DNA of 64,000 bases from Scyliorhinus canicula. Its lineage: Eukaryota. Every line of letters starts with the position of its first letter. Position 1 is the first letter of the stretch. Shown here in pieces: positions 1 to 12,143 of the stretch. The notes beneath the pieces were generated by a model that had not been told where the DNA came from, ran no database searches, and was given only the letters and a program-made list of their open reading frames with translations. The stretch lies in contig NC_052148.1 in the NCBI RefSeq assembly GCF_902713615.1, forward strand, positions 83,110,966 through 83,174,965. Direction: 5' to 3'. Both the position numbers and the translations under genes were made by a program.

Positions 1-546
1 CATCCTGCTGGCCTTCTCTCCATACTTGTATATCCCCCCTCGCCTTCCTCAAATGCTCCACTGCCTTCCCTGTAGATAACAGAACAGAAAACAGAGCCTC
101 TGCCGCTCCTTCAGCAACCTCGCCTCAGGGGCCTCCGAATATCTCCTGCCCACCTGGAGTATTTCCCCAACCAACTTCTACATCTCTGCTCCCTGTGCAC
201 CCCTATTGAGATTAGCTCCTCTCTAACCACTGCCTTCAGGGCTTCCCAGATCGTTGATGCCGAGACTTCCCCAGTGTCATTTATTTCCAGATAGTTCTGG
301 ATGGACTTGCTCATTTGCCCTCACACCCCCTCATCCGCTAGCAGTCCCACATCCACCCTCCATTGCGGGCGCTGCCCTCTCTCCTTACTCACCCGTAAGT
401 CCACTCAATGTGGCGCATGGTCCGACACAGCAATCGCCGAATACCGCCCCCGCCAGTAAAACCCTGTTGAGGCCTCCAGCTTGCGTCTCTTGTCTCCGCA
501 GGTCCTCCCTCGGGCATCCACCGTCCTCGACCTCCCATTTGTCTCC
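1..546 (-). mobile_element. Degenerate L1/Tx1-clade LINE ORF2 fragment
   Basis: ORF 111..314 YLEINDTGEVSASTIWEALKAVVR matches the L1 post-endonuclease motif; similar to 54600-54800. Confidence 0.75.
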
Positions 547-1130
547 TGTGGTGAATTATATGCATCGTAATCCACACTGTATTGCCTTGCGTTGTATTGT
601 GTCCTTGTGGGCTCTGTATGTGAGCCGTTGCGCGGCTCTGCCCATAGGGGGAGATGAGGAACTTGTACTGGGCTCTGCCCTTGGCTCCGCCCATGGCTCC
701 TCCCACTAACCAGAAGTATAAAGGTTGATGTTGAGAGCCTGCCTGCCAGTTCATCTGGAGTTCATCGCGTCACAGGCAGGCTCTGTTGTAAGACGATTAA
801 AACCACTGTTCACTTCTAACCACATGTCGCGTGAATTGATGGTCTCATCAATTTAACCCTCAAACCTGATCGACTGGAACTCGACCCACAGGATGCAGAG
901 GCGAAAGAAATCTTTTCACACTGGCTCCGATATTTTAAGGCCTACCTGGCTGAAGTAAGCACCACAGAAATGACGGAGGAGCAGAAACTCAGCCTACTGC
1001 ACACAAGGGTGAGCCATCGTATATCTACTCAGTTAAATCGTACAGGCTCATATACAGAGGCCCTGGCCCTACTCGACAGAATGTACGTGAGGCCCGTCAA
1101 TGAGGTCTATGCGCGCCATGTTTTTACTAC
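547..1130 (+). mobile_element. Ty3/Gypsy copy A: LTR (547-850) + 5' gag fragment
   Basis: TG...CA LTR with TATAAA (~717) and ATTAAA (~796); gag LKPDRLELDPQDAEAKEIFSHWLRYF...; leader/ATG deleted relative to copy B. Confidence 0.9.
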
Positions 1131-1185
1131 TCACCTAACCTGCACATCTTTGGGTTGTGGGGGTGAAACCCACACAGACACTGGG

Positions 1186-3891
1186 CGATGCCCTTGTTGA
1201 GCAGGTACTGACGCAGCTCGTCGCTCATAAAGGACGAACCCCGGTCGCTGTGTACATAGCTGGGGAAACCAAACAGGGTGAAGATACTATGCAGGGCCCT
1301 GTTGACTGTGTGGGAGGTCATATCGGGGCACGGGATAGCAAATCGGGGCAGGGAATCGGGAGAACTCGCCGATGATATTCAGGAAGTACACATTCCGGTT
1401 AGTCGAGGGGAGTGGTCCTTTGAAATCGATAGCGAGGCGTTCAAAGGGCCTAGAAGCCTTGACCAGGTGGGCCCTGTCTGGTCTGTAGAAGTGCGGTTTG
1501 CACTCTGCGCAGATCGGGCAATCCTTGGTGACGGCTTTTACCTCCTCAGTGGAGAAAGGCAGATTTCGGGCTTTAATGTAGTGGGCGAGCCGGGTGACCC
1601 CCGGGTGGAAGAGGTCATTGTGGATGGCTTTTAAGCGGTCGCTCTGCGTGCTGGCGCACGTGCCGCGGGACAGGGCATCTGGGGGCTCATTGAGCTTCCC
1701 CGGTCGATACATAATATCGTATTTGTAGGTGGAGAACCCGGAGGAAATGGAAGAGGCGGCCATCGGCCTCGAACGCCGTGTAGTGGCGGTCCTCCGGGCG
1801 GATTGGGAGCTGGTGGTATGCAGACTTCAGATCCACCGTGGAGAAGATGCGGTACTGGGCGATCCGATTAACCATGTCTGCAATCCTGGGGAGGGGGTAC
1901 GCATCGAGGAGCGTAAACCGATTAATGGTCTGACTGTGGTCCACGACCATGCAGAATTTTTCCCCGGTCTTGACAACCACCACCTGAGCTCTCCAGGGGC
2001 TGTTACTGACCTCCATGATCCCCTCGTGTAGGAGTCTCCGGACATCGGTTCTGATAAACACCCTGTCCTGCAGGGTGTACCGCCTGCTGCGAGTGGCTAT
2101 GGGTTTGCAGTCCGGAGTGAGATTGGCAAAGAGTGGAGGGGGGTAGATTCGCAGCATGGCTAGGCTGCAGATGGTGAGTGTGGGTAGGGGTCCGCCGAAG
2201 CTGAGGGTGAGACTTTTGAGGTTACACTGGAAGTTGAGTCCCAGTAAGAGTGGGGCGCAGAGTTCGGGCAGGACGTATAGTTGAAAATTAGAGTAACTAG
2301 CGCCTTGGATCGTTAGGGTCGTGACAGTGCGCCCTTGGATGTGAACAGAATGGGAGCCCGAAGCGAGGGAGATAGTTTGCCGTGCAGGAAAAACAGGGAG
2401 CGAACAGCGTCTTACCAGATCTGGGTGTATGAAGCTCTCAGTGCTCCCGGAGTCGAAGAGGCACGGAGTACTGTACCCGTTGACTTGAACGGTCGTCATT
2501 GAGTTGCGGAGGTGTTTTGGACGCGACTGGTCCAATGTGACTGCGCCGAGTTGCAGGTAGTCGGCGGCTCGGTCCGCTGTGTTGGGGTGGCCCCGTGGTG
2601 AATGCCCGCTGAGGTCGCAGTCTTCGATCAGATTTTCTGAATTTGGAGAGGATGGAGCCCAAGATGGCCGCCCCCGTGGATCGCACGTGGTGGGCAGCGA
2701 GGAAGGTGGCGTCCAAGATAGTGGCCCCTATGGGTCGCACGTGGTGGGTGGGGGCAGAGTTGAGGTGTAGGCCGCAGTGTTACGGGGCCTGCGGGCCTGC
2801 AAATTCAGAGAACGAGTGCTTTGAGCCGCGGGAGGATTAGAGGCTGGGGCTTTCTTCGCCAGGCACACTCAAGCATAGTGTCCTTTGCGACCGCAGCTGC
2901 TGCAGGTCGCGTTGCGGGCCAGGCAGTGCTGCCGCAGATGCTGTGGCTGGCCACAAAAGTGGCAGGCTGGGGCAGCATAGTGGCTGGGTGGCCGCGCGGC
3001 GCAGGTCTGGGGCAGTCGCTGGTCGGGGGCCCATGACGGGGTCGGGGAGTCCGCAGGGAATGAGGCGAGGCTTCTAAATTTTGGGCCCCCTTCTCAAGCA
3101 GTCGCTGGCATATGTAATTGGATCTAAGGCCTGCAACAAAGACATCAGGTTCCCCATGTTCAGCAGCATTTATAGCCTGGTAATTACAGGCCCGGGATAA
3201 GGCTTTTAAGTCTCTTAGAAATTCTTCTAGCGATTCTGTGGGGCGCTGGTGGCGAGTAGTAAAAACGTGGTGCGCGTAGACCTCATTGACGGGCCTCACG
3301 TACATTCTGTCGAGTAGGGCCAGGGCCTCTGTATATGAGCCGGTACAATTTAACTGAGTAGATATACGATGGCTCACCCTTGCATGCAGTAGGCTGAGTT
3401 TCTGCTCCTCCGTCGTTTCTGTGGTGCTTACTTCAGCCAGGTAGGCCTTAAAACATCGGAGCCAGTGTGAAAAGATTTATTTCGCCTCTGCATCCTGTGG
3501 GTCGAGTTCCAGCCGATCAGGTTTGAGGGCTGATTCCATAGTCGTTCCTTACTGTTTCTTAAGATGATTAAATTGATGAGACCATCAATTCACGCGACAC
3601 GTGGTTTGAAGTGAACAGTGATTTTAATCGTCTTACAACAGAGCCTGCCTGTGACGAGATGAACTCCAGATGAACTGGCAGGCAGGCTCTCAGCATCAAC
3701 CTTTATACTTCCGGTTAAGGGGAAGAGCCATGGGTGGAGCCATGGGCGGAGCCAAGGGTGGAGCCCAGTACAAGCTCCTCATCTCCCCCTATGGGTAGAG
3801 CCACACAACTACACGTGATCCAATACAATATACAGGCTCAACACATGTTGTACAATACAGTGTGGATTATTAGTATTTATAATTCACCACA
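1186..3891 (-). mobile_element. Ty3/Gypsy copy B: LTR (3891-3574), gag, protease, partial RT, RNase H end, integrase; defective
   Basis: gag ATG at 3539; protease LFDSGS; RT SPWRAQVVVV...DAYPLPRI...STVDLKSAYHQ; YRPGKLNEPPDALSR; integrase H..HPG..CPIC, IDFKGP, HSDRGSSF. Order PR-RT-RH-IN is Gypsy; internal deletion near 1735 removes the RT core and most of RNase H. Confidence 0.93.
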
Positions 3892-4030
3892 GTGGAGTTT
3901 GCACATTCTCCCAGTGTCTGTGTGGGTTTCACCCCCACAACCCAAGGATGTGCAGGTTAGGTGGATTGGCCATGCTAAATTGCCCCTTAATCGGAAAAAG
4001 TATTGGGTACTCTCAATTTATTTTAAAAAT
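3892..4030 (+). mobile_element. V-SINE 3' part (short-tail subfamily), abutting the Gypsy LTR
   Basis: GTGGAGTTTGCACATTCTCCC...GATGTGCAGGTTAGGTGGATTGGCCATGCTAAATTGCCCC V-domain. Confidence 0.85.
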
Positions 4031-4319
4031 ACCAACCAATCACTTACCTGTATCCATATTCATCGACCTTTGATTATTATTGTCGCCTCTCTCCCTGCTG
4101 TTTTACAATTAACTTTTAACTGACACCAATTTTAACTGACACTAATTTTCAATCTCCCGCTACTCTCGCCTCTCTCCAGTTTTTCCACTGCACCTTCCTT
4201 GCCACAAACTCCTGGGCTTTGGGATCCTCCCCAACAGCCCCTGCCTCAGGAATTCCCAATAAAGAATGTTCCAATTATGAGGAAAATTCCCGACTCATAA
4301 TGACGTAGTAATAATGGCA

Positions 4320-5050
4320 CATGAAGCACAAATGTCCAGGTTTGGATTATAGTTGCAAAAATTGAATAAGATAATATTGGAGTTTCCATCTTTTGGTTGA
4401 GACATTAAATCAAGATCTTATATGCCTGTGTTCCTGTGATTCAAGTTCTCACGACACCACTCATGCGGGCAGCACGTTAGCGTAGTGGTTAGCACAATTG
4501 AAAATGAAATTAAAATCGCTTATTGTCACGAGTAGGCTTCAATGAAGTTACTGTGAAAAGCCCCTAGTCGCCACATTCCGGCACCTGTCCGGGGAGGCTG
4601 GTACCCTGGAGCTCCAGGGTCCCAGGTTCGATTCCCGGCTGGGTCACTGTCTGTGTGGAGTCTGCACGTTCTCCCCGTGTGTGTGTGTGTGTGTGGGCTT
4701 CCTCCGGGTGCTCCAGTTTCCTCCCACAGTCCAAAGATGTGCAGGTTAGGTGGATTGGCTATGCTAAATTGCCCTTAGTGTCAAAAATTGCCCTTAGTGT
4801 CAGTTGAGTGGGGTTACTGGGTTATGGGGATAGGGTGGTGTGGATGTGGGTAGGGTGCTCTTTCCAAGAGCTGGTGCAGACTCGATGGGCTGAATGGCTT
4901 CCTTCTGCACTGTAAATTCTATGATTCTAATTAAGTTCTTCTGGTCTCCTAGTCAACATTCTTCCCTCAATCAACACCACCAAATTAGCCAGTCAATCCT
5001 CCCTTCACAACTTAGTGTAGAGATGTTGCTATGTCAAAATGGCTCCCATG
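4320..5050 (+). mobile_element. Old DeuSINE-like element split by a younger V-SINE
   Basis: CATCTTTTGGTTGAGACATTAAA...TTCCCTCAATCAACACCAC resembles the Deu-domain SINE at 37095. Confidence 0.5.
4467..4930 (+). mobile_element. V-SINE (HE1-like) with an internal inverted tail of another SINE (4501-4605)
   Basis: tRNA-like head with A box and GGTTCGATTCC B box, V-domain, CR1-like tail. Confidence 0.88.
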
Positions 5051-5074
5051 TATGCGTACAGGTTTAAAATGTTT

Positions 5075-5305
5075 TTAAAAAAAAAAATTTAGTGTACCCA
5101 ATTCATTTTTTTTCCAATGATGGGGCAATTTAGCATGTTCAATCCCCCTACCTTGCACATCTTTGGGTTGTGGGGGCAAAACCCACGCAAACACGGGGAG
5201 ATTGTGCAAACTCCACACGGACAGTGACCCAGAGCCGGGATCGAACCTGGGACCTCGGCGCCGCGAGGTCTCAGGGCTTAATTTACTGCACCACTTTGCT
5301 GCTCC
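5075..5305 (-). mobile_element. V-SINE short-tail subfamily
   Basis: reverse complement of the family consensus seen elsewhere in the window. Confidence 0.85.
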
Positions 5306-5321
5306 TTACATGTTTAAAATT

Positions 5322-5555
5322 GTAAGAAGTCTTACAACACCAAGTTAAAGTCCAACATGTTTGTTTCGAACACTAGCTTTCGGAGCACTGCTCCTTCCTC
5401 AGGTGGATGAAGAGGTATGTTCAAGAAACATATATATATAGACAAATTCAAAGATGCCGGACAATGCTTAGAATGCGAGCATTTGCAGGTAATTAAGTCT
5501 TTACAGATCCAGAGATAGGGGTAACCCTCCTGGGTTACCACACCTCTTCAACCTG
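5322..5555 (-). mobile_element. Penelope-like element terminal fragment carrying a hammerhead ribozyme
   Basis: Homologous to 42880-42967; hammerhead motif; GGTAACCC/GGGTTACC fold-back at the junction. Confidence 0.75.
5371..5405 (-). ncRNA. Minimal type I hammerhead ribozyme, core intact
   Basis: CAC-CUGAGGA-A-GGAGC(AGU)GCUCC-GAA-AGCU-A-GUG: CUGAnGA box, 5-bp stem II, GAAA, palindromic AGCU stem III, CUA cleavage triplet, CAC/GUG stem I. Confidence 0.8.
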
Positions 5556-5559
5556 CGGA

Positions 5560-7230
5560 TGCAAAATTGATGGGTTTTTCGGACCCATCCTCCATTACAT
5601 GAGAAAGTACCACCCCCACACCATAGGATGAGGCATCACACAACAGAATGAGTTTCATATCTGGATCAAAACAAACAAGATTTTTCGATTACAGCTGCTC
5701 TTTCACATCTTTGAAAGACCTCTTCTGTGCAGACACCCTATTTCTTTGTGCAAAAGTAGGTACAGTGGAGCCAATACTGTAGATATGTCTGGCAAAACTT
5801 ACCATAATAGTTTATCAAACCTACAATGACCCGAACGCGGCCACCTTCTTGGAAGCTTCCTTAATCACTCAAACTTTCCATTCCACAGGAGATAAGTCTC
5901 CTTGTGCAGTGAAGCTGTGGCCTAGATACTTCATGCCCGGTGTCTGAAAAATACATTGCTCCACTTCAGATGCAGCCCCGCCTCGGAAAACCTTTTAAAA
6001 ACTCGATTCAGGTTGCTGAGGTGGTCCTCAGTCTTATCCAAAAATGTCATTTAAGTAGACCGCAACATGAGGAATGCATGTTCCAGATTGTCCATCATCC
6101 TTTAATGATCACCGGACTGGAGGATACTCCAAAACCCAAAAGATTATAACCCTTTATGTGCGGTGATGGTCATATGCTGCTTTGAATCTTTCTCCAGCAA
6201 GATATGCCTGGCTCATGTCCAGTTTTGAAAACATCTCACCTCCTGCAAGGGTTGAAAACAGATCTTCTACCCTCGGCAACGGGTAAATGTCCAGCTTGGA
6301 TACCTGATTAATGCTAAGTTTGTAATCCTCACATATGCGCACACTACCATCACTTTCAAGAACAGGATCATATTGGAGCTGCGAAACCTGAAAACAATGG
6401 CTCAGTGTTTCCTCGCCTTTGCAGCCACTCTTAACTCCTCCTCAACTGTGGCTCTCATAGAACATACAGTGCAGAAGGAGGCCATTCGGCACATCCAGTC
6501 TGCACCGACCCACTTAAGCCCTCACTTCCACCCTATCCTCGTAACCCAGTAACCCCTCCTAATCTGTTTTGGACACTAAGGGCAATTTAGCATGGCCAAC
6601 CCACCCAACCTGCACGTCTTTGGACTGGAAAGAAACCTGAGCACCCGGAGGAAACCCACAAGACACAGGGAGAACGTGCAGACTCCGCACACACAGTGAC
6701 CCAGTGGGGAATTAAACCTGGGACCCTGGCGCTGTGAAGCCACAATGTTATCCACTGTTATCCAATGCTACCCTCTCATGGCATAGGGCACTGTCCTCGG
6801 TTTGAAAAAGCAAGAGTAGCCCGAGGATCTATGAACAATTTAACTGTAGTGTCCCACAATGTACCTAGATTGTCTTTGAAAACCTCAGGACATTTCCAAA
6901 TGACATCCTTTCACTTGTGTTTCATCTCACCCCACTTCAACTGAATTTTCCTGAGCCAGTCACACCCGAGTAGATTAGACCTGTGCCCTTTTACTGGAGC
7001 TGTACTCTTGCTTCTTGGCTATTATACGCAATGTCTACCTCTAACTCTCCAAGCAACGGTATAATCTCACCGGTATACATCCGAAGGTTGATTCCACACC
7101 TAATCCAAATTTTTCAATTCCTTTCTGTTATCGTAATTTGCCGTTCCCCAGTTTAGCACCTTAACACAAGGGTTACCCTCATCCCTGTCTAAATGTACCT
7201 AAAACCCAAGGCAAGAATCATACCCCTCGA
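5560..7230 (-). mobile_element. Second, older Gypsy family pol fragment (RT/RNase H), interrupted by a SINE
   Basis: RICEDYKLSINQVSKLDIYPLPRVEDLFSTLAGGEMFSKLDMSQAY; RNase H CDASSYGVGVVLSHVMEDG near 5580-5640. Confidence 0.85.
6457..6773 (-). mobile_element. V-SINE
   Basis: full head, V-domain, CR1-like tail. Confidence 0.88.
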
Positions 7231-7289
7231 CCAACGAGCCCACCCATCAGCAATAGATTTAAATAAGAGGCTTAATAATACCTCTATAA

Positions 7290-8260
7290 TAGATGGGGTG
7301 CCACGTTAAAGGCAAGGTAAGAGCACATGGTGTAAGGGGTAATATATTAGCTTGGATAAAGGATTGACTAGCTAACAGGAAGTAGGAATATATTGATATT
7401 TTCCAGGTTGCCAAACTGTTACTACTGGAGTGCCACAGAATCAGTGCTGGGCCCTCAATGGTTACAATCAATTGGATGAATGGTATGGTCGCTCAATTTG
7501 CTCATGACACCAAGATAGGTAAGAAAGTGATTTTTGTTTTAATTCGCTCGTGCTGGCTGGGCCCGCATTTATTGTCCATCCTCGAGGGCATTTCAGAGCG
7601 TGCACCTGAAGTCACATGGCCAGGCCAGGTAAGGATGAGAGATTTCCTCCAAGGACACTAGTGCAACAGATGGAATTTTTACGACAACCAACAACAGTTT
7701 CATGGTCGCCATTAGATTTTTAATTCCAGATTTTAAAAATTGAATTCAAATTCCACCATCTGCCCTGATGGGATTCAAACCCATGTCCCCAGAGCATTTC
7801 GCTGGGTCTCTGGATTACTCGTCCTGTGACAATGCCATTGCCTCCTTTGTGAAAAGATGATAAGGAGTGTGCAAATGGATATAGATAGGTTAAGCAAAAG
7901 TAAAAATTAAACTTGTCCACTTTGGTAGGAAGAATAGAAAAACAGCATACTATTTAAATAGAGATTGCAGAAGTTGGTGGTAGAGGGATCTGGGTATCCA
8001 AAAACTTAGTATGCAGGCATAGCACTGATTAGGACGGCCAATGGAATGTTGGTGCTTAGTGCAAGGGAATGAAATATAAAAGTCAAAGTTTTACTGCAGC
8101 TGTACAGGGCACTGTACACCTGGAGTACTGTATACAGTTTTGGTCTCATTCGAAAAAGGATATAATTGCAGTAGGTCAGAAAAGATTTATGCAACTCATT
8201 TGTGGGATGAAGGACATTTTTAAGAAACTCTGTGTAAGCTAAGCCTTCACCCATTGGAGT
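7290..8260 (+). mobile_element. Degenerate CR1 ORF2 3' fragment, with a non-V tRNA SINE (7540-7845, minus) nested
   Basis: GVPQ.SVLGP and FAHDTKIG remnants; nested element homologous to 38745-39055. Confidence 0.75.
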
Positions 8261-8289
8261 ATGGTTCGCTACAATGTTCCAGTGAAGCC

Positions 8290-9670
8290 CAACATCACAT
8301 GCAGGAACATCTCATTCTCAGATTAAGCACTTTATAGCCTTCTGGGCGTAACTTTTTGCACCTGAAGTTGTTCAACTCATGTTAATTGTTTTTCTTCCAG
8401 ATGCTGTTGGAACTGGAGTTTCTCCAACATTTTATTTCCTCCCTTCTCTTCCTGACTGAGCCTTATGCTCACACTGACCAACTTCTCCTTTTGATTCACT
8501 CACTTCCTCCTAATAAACAGCCTTGCTCGCAGACCTCATGTGGGTTAGGATCAGCTTTCACCCCCTGTACACTGATGACTATCAGTCCCATTTCTTGCTG
8601 TCACATGGAATGAAAAATATCACCAACTTCGCTTCCAATTTCCACCCTTCTCTTGCCCATCTGACTCATTTTCTCAACTGCTCTTTCTCCATTTCTGCAG
8701 ACAGGTTATCATAAGCCGACTCCCAGAGCTACGTTTGACTACACCTCCTTTTCATTCTGCTTCGTGAAAGCACTCTATTCCATTCTCCAGTTCCATCACA
8801 TCTCCTCTGATGATGCCACCTTCTAGTACCTCGTTTCCCCCCCTCAAACAAGGATGCCTCTCCACCATGATCGACAGTGCCCTCGACGACTGTTTATTTT
8901 TCTTCTCTCATCCCTTCCGTTCCCTCCCAGAACCATGGAAGTGCTTCCTTGACCTCACCTACCTCCACATTAAACAGGTCATCCTCTACCATGATGCTGC
9001 CATCAAGCATTTAAAGATACAGTCCCTGATCGACACATGGGCCAACTTAATCACTCCCAATAGCCTCTTGTCCTTTTCAATGGCACCTTTACATGCAGAC
9101 AAAGGAGATGAAACTCCTCCCTTCCCACCATCCAGAGCCCCATACACTCATTCCATGTGAAGTAACTTACTTGTACTTAGTTGAATTTAAGTACGTTCAC
9201 TGTTCATTATGCTATCTCCTCTATAAAAGGGAAACATAGCCATTCATAACAATCTTTATTGTCACAAGTAGGCTTAAATTAACACTGCAATGAAGTTACT
9301 GTGAAAAAGCCACTAGTCGCCACACTGCAGCACCTGTTCGGATACACGAAGGGAGAATTCAGAATGTACAAATTAGCTAACAGCACATCTTTCGGGACTT
9401 GTGGGAGGAAACCCACACAGTGACGGGGAGACCGTACAGACTCCACACAGACAGTGACCCAAGCCGGAAATCGAACCTGGAACCCAGGTGCTGTGAAGCA
9501 ACAGTGCTAACCGTTGTGCCACTGAGTCCACAAGTGTGACCCCAAGCTTTCGATCAACTTTCATCTTCCATCCACTCTGATCTTGGTCTCCTTATACGAT
9601 TCATCTTTCGATGAGGCACTTTACAACCTTCCAAATTCAACAAGAGTTCAACAATTTCAGACCATAACCC
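8290..9670 (+). mobile_element. Degenerate Penelope-like RT / GIY-YIG remnants
   Basis: NFASNFHPSL..FSISADRL..PTPRAT remnants; HLIFR.GTLQP-like ends near 8305 and 9600. Confidence 0.6.
9245..9522 (-). mobile_element. V-SINE with alternative tail (GGCGACTAG...CACAGTAACTTCATTGCAG...AATAAAG)
   Basis: head + V-domain + tail shared with 48222, 35610, 28360. Confidence 0.85.
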
Positions 9671-9845
9671 CTGCCCCCATTATTTCCAGTAGCAGCTGTT
9701 CATGATTCTGCTACTTCCATTTATACCTTATTTAGATCAGTCTTTTGTTTTACTTGAAAACTGCAACTGGCCATGTTATTCCTGCCTTAGGAGTTCTCAA
9801 TCCCGATTTCTGGTGACACAAATAGATTAAGTTTTCTATTTCATA

Positions 9846-10060
9846 GGGCCAGCACGGTGGCGCAGTGGTTCGCACTGCTGCATCACAGCACTGAGGTCCC
9901 AGGTTCGATCCCAGCCCTGCCTCACTGTCAGTGTGAAGTTTGCACATTCTCCCAGTGTTTGCGTGGGTTTCACCCACACAACCCAAAGATGTGCAGGGTA
10001 TATTGGCCATGCTAAATTGCCCCTTAATTGGAAAAAATGAATTGGGTACTCAAAATTTTT
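9846..10060 (+). mobile_element. V-SINE short-tail subfamily
   Basis: family consensus. Confidence 0.85.
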
Positions 10061-11423
10061 CTTTTATTTAAATTTTCTATTTCACCATTGCGCATTTATA
10101 AGTGTATAAAGCAGCCAGGGAGAAAAATAAGCCCTACTCTAATCTGAAAGTCAAATAAAATTTTAAGTTTCCTCAACCTTTCATTTAAGATGAACTGAAA
10201 CAATCTTATCCTTGTATTTTGTTTCGTTTAGCAACTGGCATACTTTGTGCTGATCAAAGAATTTAAACGCAGAGAAAATGTTAAACTATAGAATTTGTAA
10301 TCTAAAGAAAATAAATATCAAAACTATCTTAAGCAAATAGATGTATCCTCATAACTTCAGAACATACCTTAACTCACAATAAGGGTCACCATTAAAATAT
10401 CAAACTAAATCAAGTATCACTTAATTGAAATTTTGTAGTTCTACTTTAGGAGAGAAAAGACTATCTGTAATAAGTCTGTTTGATAACAGTATATTGCAGA
10501 TAACCATGCTAATCTTTTAGGGATGTATTATTGATACAACATATTAAGCTAATAATTGTTTGGTTTTGCAAGCATTTAGTGCCTTACAAAATCCATGCAG
10601 TGGCTCAATTTTAAATAAATATAATTTCTTGCATCAATCTTAAACTATTTAGTCAGATGATAATCATTCCTATTTATTTTCATCTTACAAAAATTACAAA
10701 GGTTTTATGTTACAAGCACAATCAATTCTTCCTGCTTAAGAACATAATCTTGTTTAGTCACTATGTTCAAACACAATTGGATATTTTAAAGACCATCAAT
10801 TACTCAGGTGGATGAAGAATTGCCACTTGGAGATCATTGGTTGTTCATGACATTTTACTGCAGTACGATCTGCTGGCTTCAAAACAGAAATAACAGGAAC
10901 TGATCCCTTCTGGGACACACAAATCTTGATGCTGTTAATATATATTAGAAACCACTGGATTTTCCCCAAAATGTAGTAGTGAAGTCAGAAATCAAACTTT
11001 CAAAGTACTTGGATAATACTTAACTATTATTTAGAATTTGAGACTATTAAACAGGTGCCTATTAATAGTTGCCTTTTTGAAAGTAGTGGCCACCTTTCTG
11101 AACTCCTTCAGTTTCTGCGGTGCCATTGTTAGGGCAGGACTTACGACCCAGAGATAAAAGGAACAGCCATATATATCCAAGTGAAGACTGATGTGTGACT
11201 TGGTGAGTATAATGACTGTTCCAATGCTTTTGCCCTTCTTGGTAATGAAGGTTGCAGGTCTGTGTGGCTAGTACATATCGGTCATAGTGAATGTTTGAAC
11301 AGGTACATGGGCTGCCAATAGTAGATACATTTTCTGTAAAACAGAAAAGGCCAGGAATGTCCCAGGAGTTTCCTCGCCACTACTTTTCCAGACATGGTAG
11401 AAATCCTGTTTAAGGATAATAAA

Positions 11424-11752
11424 GGGGCCTCACGGTAGCATGGTGGTTAGCATCAATGCTTCACAGCTCCAGGGTCCCAGGTCGATTCCCGGCTGGGTCA
11501 CTGTCTGTGTGGAGTCTGCACGTCCTCCCCGTGTGTGCGTGGGTTTCCTCCGGGTGCTCCGGTTTCCTCCCACAGTCCAAAGATGTGCGGGTTAGGTGGA
11601 TTGGCCATGCTAAATTGCCCGTAGTGTAAGGTTAATGGGGGAATTGTTGGGTTATGGGTCTACGGGTTACGTGGGTTTAAGTAGGGTGATCATTGTTCGG
11701 CACAACATCGAGGGCCGAAGGGCCTGTTCTGTGCTGTACTGTTCTATGTTCT
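11424..11752 (+). mobile_element. Young V-SINE
   Basis: near-identical to the inverted copy at 12610-12953; ends GTTCTATGTTCTA. Confidence 0.9.
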
Positions 11753-11756
11753 AAAC

Positions 11757-12143
11757 CAGGGGTGGGCAAACTTTTCCGTGCAAGGGCCACATTCAGAAAT
11801 TCACAATTCACAAAGGGCCGCATAGTATATTAAGTAAAATAATTACTTCACCCGGTTATGATTCTGGGCGCCTCATATAGAACATAGAACAGTACAGCAC
11901 AGAACAGGCCCTTCGGCCCTCGACGTTGTGCCGAGCAATGATCACCCTACTCAAGTCAACGTATCCACCCTATACCAGTAAGTAACCCAACAGCCCCCCC
12001 CCCCCATTAACCTTAAAAAAAAATTAAAAAAAAAAAAAAAAAAATTAAAAAAAAATAAATTTTTTTTTTAATGACTTGGTGGGCCGCAGAAATACCTTTG
12101 GCGGGCCGCATGCGGCCCGCGGGCCGTAGTTTGCCCACCCCTG
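11757..12143. mobile_element. hAT (Charlie-type) MITE
   Basis: 16-bp TIRs CAGGGGTGGGCAAACT / AGTTTGCCCACCCCTG; perfect 8-bp TSD TTCTAAAC at 11749-11756 and 12144-12151. Confidence 0.92.

Noticed and set aside
547-3891. Single element with inverted terminal repeats (DIRS or DNA transposon)
   Set aside because: DDE integrase and Gypsy domain order; U3 regions differ and gag follows both LTRs, so two copies
4467-4640. tRNA genes in SINE heads
   Set aside because: tRNA-derived heads run directly into the V-domain; not standalone tRNAs
10780-10980. Possible exon of a neighbouring + strand gene (AG acceptors, short open frames)
   Set aside because: Translations not recognisable and no supporting exon chain
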